Source of the DNA: an uncultured Planctomycetota bacterium
GTDB lineage: Bacteria > Planctomycetota > Phycisphaerae > SM23-33
Assembly: GCA_903892515.1 (NCBI GenBank)
Contig: CAITIS010000067.1
Coordinates: 1,347 to 65,346, forward strand
Direction of reading: 5' to 3'
DNA length: 64,000 nt
Positions within the stretch are counted from its first letter, which is position 1; each line of letters begins with the position of its first letter. Both the position numbers and the translations under genes were made by a program. Of this stretch, positions 1-9,662 are shown piece after piece. The notes beneath the pieces were generated by a model. It was not told the DNA's origin. It saw only the letters and a program-made list of their open reading frames with translations, and did no database searches.

Positions 1-351
1 CGGCGACTTTTCCGGCGTCCCTTGCAGCCAGTACGCAAACACCAGCACTGCCTGGAAGTCGGCACCGAAGATGTTCTCCCATTCCTGCAAGGAATCAACA
101 TCCTCGCGCGTGACCCAGTTCTCCCAGGCCCGCACGCCGGATTGGCTCTTGGAGGTGTCGGGGAACTTCCGGCCTTTCACGTCCACCAGCAGGTTGCGCT
201 GGCTGGTCGAGTAGACCAGGAAGTCAAAACTCTTGATCGAGACGTTGGAGAAGATGGCCTTCTTGGCTTCGTCGACGGCGACGTAAGGCCAGCCCTTGGC
301 TTGCAGGTAGCTCTCGAAGGCGGCCTCATAATGAACGCTTCGTCGGGCCAA
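1..351 (-). CDS. HYExAFE family protein (PD-(D/E)xK-like), runs off the left edge of the window
   Basis: Manual translation from TTG at 351: MARRSVHYEAAFESYLQAKGWPYVAVDEAKK...SFDFLVYS...LLVDVKGRKF...WENWVT. Not in the ORF track because it has no stop inside the window. Confidence 0.75.
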   Translation of the reverse strand, partial: MARRSVHYEAAFESYLQAKGWPYVAVDEAKKAIFSNVSIKSFDFLVYSTSQRNLLVDVKGRKFPDTSKSQSGVRAWENWVTREDVDSLQEWENIFGADFQAVLVFAYWLQGTPEKSP

Positions 352-396
352 AGTCCCATATCCTTGGTAACTGTAGTAACTATCTCACAAGCTGAT

Positions 397-476
397 TCAC
401 CGCAGAGACCGCGAAGCCCGCAAAGTTGAAAATGTTTCAAAGCATTTCTCTGCGTTCTTTGCGGCCTCTGCGGTGA
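397..476. repeat. REP-like inverted repeat with 9-nt periodicity (tcaccgcagag...ctctgcggtga)
   Basis: Inverted ends. Related half-copies lie at about 2043-2080 and 6464-6490. Confidence 0.65.
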
Positions 477-489
477 GTTCTGAGTTCTT

Positions 490-1782
490 CTAGACCAGAA
501 ATCGCCGCGGGTCCGAAACCAGTTCCGCCACATTTACATCCACCTGCTGGCCGGTGCCGAGGTCCTTCAGGCCGGCGGATGGGCCCGAGAGGATTACGGC
601 ATACCGCGCCTGGCGGCGGTTGGCTTCCTTGAGCAACTTGCCGACGTTGGCACTGCGGGCAGAGTAATCGCAGATGATGCCGCCCCGCCGCAACTTCGCT
701 GCCAGAGATAAGACGGCCGATGCGTCCTGGCCTTCCAGGCCGCTGATGACAAAGGCGTCGAGGCGATTTGTGAGAACGGGCCGCTTGCCCTTTTCCTCCA
801 GCAGAATGCCCAGCACGGCATCGCCCATGCCCAGGCCGGTGGCGCCGACTTTGGGCCCGCCTAAGACCTCCAGCAGATTATCGTACCGCCCCCCGCCGGC
901 CACCGCCCGCAGCGACTGCGCCGCGTCGAACACCTCGTAGACGATGCCCGTGTAATAGGCCAGCCCACGCACGACGTTCACGTCATACTTGCACCAGTCG
1001 GCGATGCCGAACGCGTCGAGCGCCTTCTGAAACGTCTTCAACTCGGCCAGGGCCTGCTCGATCGGCTCATTCTTCAGGCTCTGCAACTCCTGCGGCAGGT
1101 CGCCGGTTCCCGAACTGCCTTCCAGGAAGGCCAGCACCTTGGGGCGAATCGCCTCATCCGTCACGGCCCCCGCCAGCATCTCGGCAAAAGCTTCGGCGGG
1201 CACCTTTGACCGCTTATCCAGCACCGCCAGCATGCCTGGCACGCTCTCGGCTGACAGGCCCGCCGCCTTCAATACTTCCGACAGCAGCTTGCGGCTGGAG
1301 TATCGCACCTGGGCTTCGCCGGCGGTCAGGCCAAGTTCCTGCAAGGCGTCGATGGCCGTGAAGACGCACTCGGCGTCGGAGATGCCTTCCTCGCCGCCGA
1401 TGATGTCGATATTCCACTGAAAGAATTCCCGCAGCCGCCCTTTCTGGGGGTTTTCGGCCCGGAACAGCCGCGGCACGGAGAACCACTTTATTGGCCGGGG
1501 CAGTGAGTTGATCTTGGCGTTGACCATGCGGGCGAGCGTGGGCGTGATCTCTGGCCGCATGGCCAGTTGCCGCCCGGCGCGGTCGGTGAGATTGAAAAGC
1601 TGCGAGACGATCTCCTCGCCGCTCTTGACGCGGTACAGGTCGAGATACTCCAGTACCGGCCCGTCGAACTCGACAAAACCGTTGCGAATAGAGACCCGCC
1701 GCCAAGCCTCCGTAATCCAGTTACGAATAGCCATATCTTCGGGATAAAAGTCCCGCGTGCCTTTGACTGCCTGAAACGCCAT
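490..1782 (-). CDS. hisS: Histidine--tRNA ligase
   Basis: MAFQAVKGTRDFYP, MRPEITP, RAENPQKGRLREFFQ, VRGLAYYTG, GGGRYD and a C-terminal anticodon domain. The true start is 1782, not 2805. Confidence 0.96.
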   Translation of the reverse strand: MAFQAVKGTRDFYPEDMAIRNWITEAWRRVSIRNGFVEFDGPVLEYLDLYRVKSGEEIVSQLFNLTDRAGRQLAMRPEITPTLARMVNAKINSLPRPIKWFSVPRLFRAENPQKGRLREFFQWNIDIIGGEEGISDAECVFTAIDALQELGLTAGEAQVRYSSRKLLSEVLKAAGLSAESVPGMLAVLDKRSKVPAEAFAEMLAGAVTDEAIRPKVLAFLEGSSGTGDLPQELQSLKNEPIEQALAELKTFQKALDAFGIADWCKYDVNVVRGLAYYTGIVYEVFDAAQSLRAVAGGGRYDNLLEVLGGPKVGATGLGMGDAVLGILLEEKGKRPVLTNRLDAFVISGLEGQDASAVLSLAAKLRRGGIICDYSARSANVGKLLKEANRRQARYAVILSGPSAGLKDLGTGQQVDVNVAELVSDPRRFLV

Positions 1783-2097
1783 GTTCTTACTCCCCCGCCG
1801 CAATGTCAGCGTGGCGGGACGCCGGTTGATAAACGGCGGATTATAGAGTCCCGCCCCTTCGGCGACAAGGCCGGAACGGCAAAGGCAGGATTGGCAGGGA
1901 TGCAGTGGATACAAGGGATGATGACGCGAAGCACGCGGGCGTTGGACGTGATGGCCGATGCCTGGATCGCGATGAAGCCGTTTCTGGATTTTGCTCTCGA
2001 TGGGATGCATTGATGGCCGGGCGGGCACTTGAACGTTCTGCGAAGTTCTCTCTTTGCGTCCTTTGCGTTCTCTGCGGTTTGATGTTGTAATCCACCC

Positions 2098-3537
2098 ATG
2101 CCGACTACCCGGACTCCGCGCGTTGCCCTGGTGCATGACTGGCTGGTCGGCATGCGCGGTGGCGAGGCCGTTTTGGAGGAGCTTTGCCGGTTGTTCCCCC
2201 AGGCTGAAGTTTTCACGCTCTTTCATGGCCCCGGCTCGGTGAGTGAGACGATCGAGCGGCACCGGATTCACGCCAGTTGCCTCAATAGGACGCTGTTGCG
2301 CCGCCACTACCGCCACCTGCTGCCGCTGATGCCCTGGGCCATCGAGAAGATGGACGTCAGCGACTTTGACATTGTTATTGCGTCGAGCCACTGCGTCGCC
2401 CATGGCATCGGCGGCACCGGCCGGTTCGACCGCAAGCTCACCGATGAGCGGCCGGGGCAGCTGCGCATCAGCTATTGCCACACGCCCATGCGGTACGCGT
2501 GGTCGGCTACCGACGAGTACGCGCGCAGCGGGTTTCTCAGCGGCTTGGCGCTGCGGACAGTGGCGGGCTCGCTGCGAAAATGGGATCGTCGCGCTGCTCT
2601 GTCGGTGGATTTGTTCATCGCCAATAGTCAGAACGTCGCCGACAGGATTGGGCGATTCTATGGCCGGCCGGCGGATGTGCTGTACGCGCCGGTGGAGGCA
2701 GAGTACTTCTGCCCCGCCGACGTGGCACGCGAGGATTTCTACCTTGTCGTGGCCGCCAATGCCCCGTACAAACGCATCGATCAAGCCATCGCCGCCGCGC
2801 GACAACTTGGCCGGCGGCTGGTCATTGCCGGGCCGGGGTACAAGACCGGGGCACTAGGATGCGTTTCGCCGTGCCGCCCCTTCGGGGCTCATAACTCCAG
2901 CGAGCCTTACCGGGGGCTCACGCCCCCGGCTACAATCGTTCCGGCCCTTCGGGCCTCAGCGGGGCCTCGAACGCGTGACGATCTGCACTCCGCGTCGCCT
3001 CCAATCGAACGCCGAACGGAACGCGTAGGTGAATCCCAATCTGAACATGGCGTTGAATCCCAATCTGAGCGTGGAACTGAATCCCGATCAGAACGCGGAA
3101 TCAAATCCCGGTCAGAACATGAAATGCCACACCGGCATGAACCGGAGATTCTTGGCGCCGTGGCGCGCGGGCCGCTGCGGGAGCTGTACCGTTCCGCCCG
3201 GGCGGTGCTGATGCCTGGCGAGGAGGATTTCGGCATCGCCGCCGTCGAGGCCATGGGCTCCGGCTGTCCCGTCATCGCCTATGCTGCCGGCGGGGCCCTG
3301 GAAACCGTCCGCGACGTGCGGCAGAACGTGGCCAATCCCACCGGCCTGTTGTATAAGCGGCAGGACGTGGAGTCGCTGGCCGAGGCGATGCTCGAATTGG
3401 AAGGCCTGACCGACCGCTTCGTGCCCTCGCAGATGCACGAGTGGGCGCGGCGCTTCTCGCCTGAGCAATTCCGCGCCGGTTTCCAGCGGATCGTCGGGCC
3501 CCTGATGCAAGAACGAAATTGGACCTGTCCATGGTGA
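2098..3537 (+). CDS. GT4 family glycosyltransferase with an internal insertion of about 90 aa
   Basis: VALVHDWLVGMRGGE, YCHTPMRYAW, EEDFGIAAVEAMGSGCPVIAY. Confidence 0.9.
   Translation: MPTTRTPRVALVHDWLVGMRGGEAVLEELCRLFPQAEVFTLFHGPGSVSETIERHRIHASCLNRTLLRRHYRHLLPLMPWAIEKMDVSDFDIVIASSHCVAHGIGGTGRFDRKLTDERPGQLRISYCHTPMRYAWSATDEYARSGFLSGLALRTVAGSLRKWDRRAALSVDLFIANSQNVADRIGRFYGRPADVLYAPVEAEYFCPADVAREDFYLVVAANAPYKRIDQAIAAARQLGRRLVIAGPGYKTGALGCVSPCRPFGAHNSSEPYRGLTPPATIVPALRASAGPRTRDDLHSASPPIERRTERVGESQSEHGVESQSERGTESRSERGIKSRSEHEMPHRHEPEILGAVARGPLRELYRSARAVLMPGEEDFGIAAVEAMGSGCPVIAYAAGGALETVRDVRQNVANPTGLLYKRQDVESLAEAMLELEGLTDRFVPSQMHEWARRFSPEQFRAGFQRIVGPLMQERNWTCPW
3031..3150 (+). repeat. 24-nt tandem repeat (4 units plus one degenerate) inside the glycosyltransferase
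   Basis: gaatcccaatctgaacatggcgtt / gaatcccaatctgagcgtggaact / gaatcccgatcagaacgcggaatc / aaatcccggtcagaacatgaaatg. Confidence 0.85.
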
Positions 3538-4847
3538 AGCAACATAGTCAATTGATGCGGGCCTTGCTGGGCCTGTGCGACCTGGCCGTGATGGCGGCGG
3601 CGGCGGCGGCGGCGTGCTGGCTGGCCGAGCGCGACGACGCGTTTCGCCGGCCGATGCTGACGCTGGGGGCGATTCTCACGCTGCTGATCTTCAGCCGGTG
3701 CGACCTGTACAGCCCGCGGCGCACGGCCGCCATCATCTGGGAATGGGTCGATGTCACGCGGGCCTGCGTCATCGTGGCGGTGCTGGCCGGGCTGGTGCTG
3801 TCGCTGCTGCTGCCGGACGTGCCGGTAGTGATCGCCCTGTTCCTGGTGATCTGGGTGCCGCTGGCGGTGCTCTTTCGCACGGCTGCGCGGATGATCCTGC
3901 GCCGGGCCCGCCGCCGCGGCTGGAACGCCCGTTCCGCCGCCATCGTCGGCGACGCCGCCAGCGCCGACCAACTCATGCAGGAACTCCAATCCAGCACGTG
4001 GACCGGCATCAACGTGATTTACCGCCTGGCGGACGAGCACCCGGCCATCGGCTCGATCGATCAACTCGGTTCGTGCCTGGCCCGCGAGCCGGTGGAGATG
4101 GTTTTCGTGGCCCTGTCATCGGCTCAGCAGCAGCGTCTGCAAGCGGTGCTGGCGGAGTTACAGAAGGTCACCACCGACATCCACATCGTGCCTGACTTGG
4201 TGCAGTACTCCTTTCTCCGCCGCCAGGTCAATCAGATCGGCTCGGTACCGACGATCTCGCTGACCCACAGCCCGCAAGAGGGCTTCCACGAGTTGCTCAA
4301 GCGCGGCATGGATGTGATCGGTTCGCTCATCGGCCTGCTGCTCTTTGGGCCGGCGATGATCGTGATTGCAGCGATGATCCGGCTCAAGGACGGCCCGGGC
4401 GTGCTGTTCGTGCAGCGGCGAAGTTCGCTGGGCGGGCGCGAGTTTCCGATGCTGAAGTTTCGCACCATGGCCGGGGCGGCCGGGGCGGAAAATGATGCCG
4501 ATGATCGGCGCGTGACCGCGTTGGGAAAGACGCTCAGGCGGTGGAGCTTGGACGAGCTGCCGCAGCTTCTCAACGTGCTGATCGGGCAGATGTCGCTGGT
4601 GGGCCCGCGGCCGGAGCGGCCAGAGCGGATCGCGGAACTGGCCCCGCAGATTTCGGACTACCTGCTGCGGCAGCACGTCAAGAGCGGCATGACCGGCTGG
4701 GCGCAGATCCACGGCCTGCGCGGGCCGTGCGACATGAGCCGGCGAGTCCAATACGACCTTTACTATATCATTCACTGGAGCATCGGCCTGGACCTGTGGG
4801 TCCTGGCATTGACGCTGCTGAAAGGGTTTTTCCATTCCGACGAATGA
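3531..4847 (+). CDS. Undecaprenyl-phosphate sugar phosphotransferase (WcaJ-like priming transferase)
   Basis: N-terminal TM helices; LKRGMD, LKFRTM, LDELPQLLNVL.G.MSLVGPRPE, GMTGWAQ, DLYYI. Overlaps the GT stop. Confidence 0.92.
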   Translation: MVKQHSQLMRALLGLCDLAVMAAAAAAACWLAERDDAFRRPMLTLGAILTLLIFSRCDLYSPRRTAAIIWEWVDVTRACVIVAVLAGLVLSLLLPDVPVVIALFLVIWVPLAVLFRTAARMILRRARRRGWNARSAAIVGDAASADQLMQELQSSTWTGINVIYRLADEHPAIGSIDQLGSCLAREPVEMVFVALSSAQQQRLQAVLAELQKVTTDIHIVPDLVQYSFLRRQVNQIGSVPTISLTHSPQEGFHELLKRGMDVIGSLIGLLLFGPAMIVIAAMIRLKDGPGVLFVQRRSSLGGREFPMLKFRTMAGAAGAENDADDRRVTALGKTLRRWSLDELPQLLNVLIGQMSLVGPRPERPERIAELAPQISDYLLRQHVKSGMTGWAQIHGLRGPCDMSRRVQYDLYYIIHWSIGLDLWVLALTLLKGFFHSDE

Positions 4848-4911
4848 GGTAATCGCGCCGGAGGCATCGAATTCCCGGCCAGGGCGGCGGCAGCTTGCCG
4901 CTCTGGTATTT

Positions 4912-6420
4912 GTGCTGGCGATCTGCCTGCTGGCTCGGCTGTACACGCTGGCCCACACGGATAACATCGCCGTGGACGGGGCCACGCTGCTGTCGATGGC
5001 GATGCGGCTGGCGCAATCGCCAACGGCGGCCATTCATGAATTTCCGCACCACCCGGGCTACCCCGCCCTGGTCGCGTTTGCTGCCAAAGCGGTCGGCGCC
5101 AGCGGGCCCGTTGAGTGGGCTCTAACGGGCCAGGTGGTGACCATTGTGCTAAGCCTACTGGCCGTGGGGTGCCTGTACGGCATCGCGGCATTGCTGTTTG
5201 ACCACTCGATCGCCCTGCTGTCGGCGCTGATGTTTGGCCTGTGCCCGGAGGTCGGGTATCTTTGCGCCGATGCCCTCTCGGACATTCCCGCGCTGGCCTG
5301 GGGGCTGCTCTCGCTGATGTTGGCGTTGTACGCGGTGCGCGACGACCGCCGGCCGAAACTCTTGCCCGTGATTCTTGGCGGCCTGGCCGGTGGCTTGGCC
5401 TATCTCACCCGGCCAGAGTACCTGCTATGCCCTGCCCTGGGCGTACTGGTGCTGCTGCTGGCGCCCAAGCGGAGTTTCCTGGCCCTCGGGCTGTACGTCG
5501 GTGTGTGCGCGGCGCTGTGCGGCCCTTATGCCATCGCCATCGGCGGCTTCACGAACAAGAAGGGTGTGCACGACTTCGTGCTGGCCCAATCCGCTGCGGC
5601 GACGCTGACAGCCGGCGTGGGCCATGACTTCTACCAGGTCTTCAAACGCTCGGCCCAGATCATCAGCGCCCCGCCGCTGGTCCTGCTGCACGTGTATGTG
5701 CTGGGCAGAATCGCCTCCCGGTTTTGGCCCGCTATCAAGACACAATTCGTGGCCTTGCAGCATCGTCGTTTGCAGTGGCTGCTGATAGCCCCCCTGCTGC
5801 TGATGACGCCGCTGCTGATGAGCCTGGAGGAACGCCGCGGGCCGGGCTACATCGACTCGCGGCACATGCTGCTGCCCTCGGCATTACTGTTCGTCTATGC
5901 CGCCCTGGGATTGGTGCTGCTCGTGGAGGTTCTATCAGCCCTGATGCAGCGGCTGCGGCGCGCCCCCGCCACCGGGGCCATCCTGGTAACGCTGCTGGTG
6001 ATCGTGATTGGCGCCAACATGCCGCGCGTGGTCAGGCCGTTGCAGGTGGGCAAGGCGATCTTTCGCCAGGCCGGTAGCAAGCTGCTGGCGGAATACGGGC
6101 CGGGACATTACGTGCTGAGTTCAGATAGCCGCGTGGCGTTCTTTGCGGCCAGCCCATTGCAGCAATTCACACACGGCACGGACATGCCTTCTCTTCTCCG
6201 GCCGGAGTATTTGAAGAGCGCCGAATCGCTACGCAGCGCGCTGGCCGAACGCCACGGCCGGCGCTACGAGTTCCTGGCCATCGCCCAGAATGTCATTACT
6301 GACGCCAGCACTCGCGGCCCGCTCGATGCCCTCGCCGGCCGGTTGATCCCCCTCTTCTCGGGCCAGTCGCCCGGCACGCGCCCACAGGCCGTCATGGTTT
6401 TTGAGATCAAGGCGGAGTGA
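4912..6420 (+). CDS. Polytopic GT-C-fold membrane glycosyltransferase (ArnT/PMT-like)
   Basis: About 11-13 hydrophobic segments; HHPGYP, ALSD, AYLTRPE. Start uncertain. Confidence 0.7.
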   Translation: MLAICLLARLYTLAHTDNIAVDGATLLSMAMRLAQSPTAAIHEFPHHPGYPALVAFAAKAVGASGPVEWALTGQVVTIVLSLLAVGCLYGIAALLFDHSIALLSALMFGLCPEVGYLCADALSDIPALAWGLLSLMLALYAVRDDRRPKLLPVILGGLAGGLAYLTRPEYLLCPALGVLVLLLAPKRSFLALGLYVGVCAALCGPYAIAIGGFTNKKGVHDFVLAQSAAATLTAGVGHDFYQVFKRSAQIISAPPLVLLHVYVLGRIASRFWPAIKTQFVALQHRRLQWLLIAPLLLMTPLLMSLEERRGPGYIDSRHMLLPSALLFVYAALGLVLLVEVLSALMQRLRRAPATGAILVTLLVIVIGANMPRVVRPLQVGKAIFRQAGSKLLAEYGPGHYVLSSDSRVAFFAASPLQQFTHGTDMPSLLRPEYLKSAESLRSALAERHGRRYEFLAIAQNVITDASTRGPLDALAGRLIPLFSGQSPGTRPQAVMVFEIKAE

Positions 6421-6524
6421 CGTCGGCGGACATTGTCTCCGCCCAATGCTAACGGATTGCGACGCAGAGACACTGAGAGGCACAGAGGCAGGACTTTGCA
6501 TAAAGCGAGCGAAGTCGCGTTGCC

Positions 6525-6715
6525 TTAAGCCCGAAGGGCTTGGAGTCTAGCCCAGGGCAGAGCGAAGCGCCGCCCTGGGTTGGCAGGGATACATGTTAGC
6601 CCTGTAAGGGCGGGATAGCTCTGTCTCTGACGCCCTTTCAGGGCTTGCTTTTGTGACGCATGTTTACCTGGGGCGTTGCCCCAGGCTGTAGTCTCTCAGC
6701 CCTTCGGGCTGCATA
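6525..6715. repeat. REP/BIME-like palindrome cluster (agcccgaagggct / gccctgtaagggc family)
   Basis: Several nested hairpins, including cccagggc..gccctggg, cctggggc..gccccagg and agcccttcgggct. Confidence 0.7.
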
Positions 6716-6792
6716 GCCCAACGGTCCAGCGAGTCATCACAAATGCCTAATCATGCAAAAAGCCCGAGAGGCAGAGAAATCCCTACGTTGGC

Positions 6793-7029
6793 TCACTCGA
6801 CCGGATCGTAGCCCTTGCCGCCCCAGGGATGGCAGCGCAGGATTCGCCAGAGCCCCTTGGCCGAACCACGGAGCGGGCCCTTCTTTTGCACCGCTTCGAT
6901 GAAGTATTCGCTGCACGTCGGCTGAAAACGGCACTGCCCGCCCAGAAACCGCGAGAGCGTCACTTGGTAGAATCGTACGATGGCGATTATCGCCCTGCCC
7001 GCGAAACTCGCGTGTGGCTCGCCGCTCAC
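6793..7029 (-). CDS. yidD: Membrane protein insertion efficiency factor
   Basis: [26 protein letters not shown]. Confidence 0.95.
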   Translation of the reverse strand: MSGEPHASFAGRAIIAIVRFYQVTLSRFLGGQCRFQPTCSEYFIEAVQKKGPLRGSAKGLWRILRCHPWGGKGYDPVE

Positions 7030-7394
7030 GGCTTGGCTTCCTGCGCGCCGGCCCGGCTGAGTTTACGCAGCGACTGCTGCAATTCTTCCAGCACCGGCTC
7101 GTAGCCCAATTGCGGGCGCAGGACGTAATCGTAACCGGCAGGCAGTTCCGGGCGGGTTAAGCGGAAGGCTTCACGGCAGACGCGTTTAATGCGGTTGCGC
7201 TTAACGGCTGGGCCATGACGCACCGACACCAGCACGGCCATTCGGGAGCGTCCCAGGCCGTTGGCTATCATGTGCAGCCGAAGCCGGCGGTCGGAAACCA
7301 CCTTGCCCTGTCGGATACCTCGCGACAGGTCGCGCTCGCGATGGATGCGGTCGTTTTTCTTAAGGCCAAGGCGCAGAGGTCTCTCCATGTTCAC
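7026..7394 (-). CDS. rnpA: Ribonuclease P protein component
   Basis: RNR motif [16 protein letters not shown]. Overlaps the yidD start. Confidence 0.92.
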   Translation of the reverse strand: MNMERPLRLGLKKNDRIHRERDLSRGIRQGKVVSDRRLRLHMIANGLGRSRMAVLVSVRHGPAVKRNRIKRVCREAFRLTRPELPAGYDYVLRPQLGYEPVLEELQQSLRKLSRAGAQEAKP

Positions 7395-7510
7395 CGGCGC
7401 ATTCTACGTCGGAGGGAGGGAAATGAGAAGTCATCGTACACTTGGTGCTTGACGGAAAGGTCCACCTTCCATACAAGTAATGTAATTCCATGGATTCGGG
7501 AGCTCATAGA

Positions 7511-8548
7511 ATGGCCTTTAGGGTTGCTCAGACAACATTGTCCGCTCTTATGGTGCTGGCTTGGGTGGCAGGATGCCAGAAGCCCGAGGCCAGCCCTCTC
7601 GTCCCTGCGCATCAGGCCAGCAGTTATTACGTCGAAGGCCAGTTGGCCATGGATCGTCAGGACTATGACGCCGCCCTGGCGGAACTGCGAAAGGCCATCG
7701 CGGCCGATCCTTCGCTGTCGGTGGCCCACGCCGCCATCGGCGATATCTACCGCAAGCAAGGCAAGTTAGAAGAAGCCGCCAGCGCCTACGAGCAGGCCGT
7801 CACCACCGACCCGTCCTCCTTCCGGCCACAGTACAACCTTGGCGTCGTCTACCAGGCGCTGGCCGATGCCGCCAAAGACGCCCAGGCCGGGGCCGAGTAC
7901 ATCCAGAAGGCCATCGATACCTACGTCAAGGCCCTGGAGATTCAGCCGGGCGATTTTGACGCCAATTTGAACCTCTGCTCCTGCTACTTCCAGGAAGGCA
8001 AGTACGACCTGGCCGAGAAGTACTGCAAGGGCGCCATCCAGGCCGACCCGAAAAACCCAGGCGGACCGTTCAATCTGGGCGTGATCTACAAGCAGATGGA
8101 CCGCCCCTACGATGCCATCCGTGCCTTCAAAGACTCGCTCGAACTGGACATCAACCAGCCACGGCTGCTCGTAGAACTGGGCAACGTGTACATGAAGCTT
8201 GACCGTCTCAAGGACGCCCAGAAGGCGTTTGAACTGGCCACGCAGCAAGACGCTGAGAACGCCGATGCCTGGGAGCAGATGGGCCAGGTCTACTACCATC
8301 AGCAGCGCTATGATGAGGCGGTCAAGGCCTATGAGAAGGCCATCACGCTGAATCCCAAAAGTTCCTCGGCCTATCGCGGGCTGGGTGTGGTCTATATGAC
8401 GCAGTTCATCAATCAGCCGGGCGAGCCGGGGCTGCGTGAAAAAGGTCTGGAGGCCTGGAATCTGTCGTTGGAGTACAACTCTAACCAGGAGGACCTTGTG
8501 AAGTTGGTTCGGAAGTACACGCCGACGTTGTCGAAGCCGTCGTTGTAA
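7511..8548 (+). CDS. TPR repeat lipoprotein
   Basis: Lipobox-like VAGC; about 8 TPRs (YNLGVVY, FNLGVIY, WEQMGQVY, YRGLGVVY). Confidence 0.85.
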   Translation: MAFRVAQTTLSALMVLAWVAGCQKPEASPLVPAHQASSYYVEGQLAMDRQDYDAALAELRKAIAADPSLSVAHAAIGDIYRKQGKLEEAASAYEQAVTTDPSSFRPQYNLGVVYQALADAAKDAQAGAEYIQKAIDTYVKALEIQPGDFDANLNLCSCYFQEGKYDLAEKYCKGAIQADPKNPGGPFNLGVIYKQMDRPYDAIRAFKDSLELDINQPRLLVELGNVYMKLDRLKDAQKAFELATQQDAENADAWEQMGQVYYHQQRYDEAVKAYEKAITLNPKSSSAYRGLGVVYMTQFINQPGEPGLREKGLEAWNLSLEYNSNQEDLVKLVRKYTPTLSKPSL

Positions 8549-8603
8549 GCGTAAGCTTTTCTGGACCAGGAACCGAGCCTCTAGAAACATACGGACACCG
8601 ACC

Positions 8604-9398
8604 ATGCCTCGAATTGCACGAATAGTGCTGCCAAACGTCCCTCACCTCGTCGGGCAGCGCGGCAACCGTGGCGAGAAGCTTTTCCCCGCCCCGGGCGACC
8701 GCGAGCTCTACCTTGAAATCCTCAACGAGAACCTCAAGGGCTGCGCGGTCAAGCTTTGGGCTTACCGGCTGGAGAATACCGAGGTCTTGCTGTTGCTGCA
8801 GCCGGCGGACCTGCACGGCATGGCCAAATGCCTGCGGAACGCCCACGGCCTGTATAGCCAGACCATCAACCGGCGAGTTACCGCCACAGGCCACCTCTTC
8901 CAGGGCCGGTTCTACAGTTGCCCCCTCGACGCCGAGTATGCGATGGAGGCGCTAAAGCACCTGGACCGCGCGACCGGCACCGCCCAGGCCTCGCGCCAGT
9001 GCCGCTTGCATCGTCTCGGCCAGCCGTCGGAAGGCCACGACGGAGTCTGCGCCTTCTGCGGCATGCTGGACGAGAGCATCCCCTACCCCAAGATGGCATC
9101 AGAACTGCCCCAGTGGCTCGCACGCCCGGCAGATCCGGCCATCGTGCGGGCTGTGCTGGGTCGGTTGCGCGTCGGCAAGCCTGCGGGCTCCCCCAGCTTC
9201 ATCAGGGAGGTCGAGGTGCTGACGGGGCTGAACCTGTCTCGCCGCCGCGGCCGGCCGAGAAAGCTGCTTGTGCAGGCGAGCGTGCCCGAAGTCATGCCGG
9301 CCAAGTCGCAGCCAGTCGTCGAAGTGCCGGAAACGCTGCCGACGGCGCCGCCTGTGGGCGTCTACATCGCACAGAATCCAAACGTGCCCATTTCGTGA
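8604..9398 (+). CDS. REP-associated tyrosine transposase (RAYT/Y1_Tnp)-like protein with catalytic residues lost
   Basis: MPRIARIV.P..PH.V.QRGN, WAY, GHLFQGRF.S and a C-terminal G.P.GS..F...RRRGRPRK. The HUH motif and catalytic Tyr are absent. Confidence 0.8.
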   Translation: MPRIARIVLPNVPHLVGQRGNRGEKLFPAPGDRELYLEILNENLKGCAVKLWAYRLENTEVLLLLQPADLHGMAKCLRNAHGLYSQTINRRVTATGHLFQGRFYSCPLDAEYAMEALKHLDRATGTAQASRQCRLHRLGQPSEGHDGVCAFCGMLDESIPYPKMASELPQWLARPADPAIVRAVLGRLRVGKPAGSPSFIREVEVLTGLNLSRRRGRPRKLLVQASVPEVMPAKSQPVVEVPETLPTAPPVGVYIAQNPNVPIS

Positions 9399-9438
9399 CT
9401 TCGTTTCCAGGGATGAGTTTCTAGAACCGATATGCCTT

Positions 9439-9463
9439 CGTGGCACAGCCGCCCTCGGCTGTG
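9439..9463. repeat. REP cgtggcacagccgccctcggctgtg
   Basis: Identical copies at 43088-43112 and, inverted, 17840-17864. A 22/25 copy lies at 61100-61124. Confidence 0.85.
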
Positions 9464-9662
9464 GATGTGGCGGTCATATCCGGTGTCTTCTCACGCGGTT
9501 GCACGCCCGAGGGCGGACGCACCACGCCGACGACGCAGTTCCCGGCCACGGGCTGCGGCCCAGTCAAACCCCCTCACTTTGCAGCTACCGTCTTGACAGC
9601 TTTGCCCGCTGTAGATAGAAAGGTGCGACTAACTAGAACGTAACATTCACAGGAGCAGGGAC

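Noticed and set aside
1918..2013. Coding-like fragment MADAWIAMKPFLDFALDGMH between two REPs
   Set aside because: Too short to assign and no supported start; possibly a gene relic.
1783..2805. 341-aa N-terminal extension of hisS in the ORF track
   Set aside because: Antisense to the glycosyltransferase and crosses REP repeats. The canonical HisS start with RBS is at 1782.
3031..3150. Possible CRISPR array
   Set aside because: Contiguous 24-nt units with no spacers, in frame in a CDS, and no cas genes.
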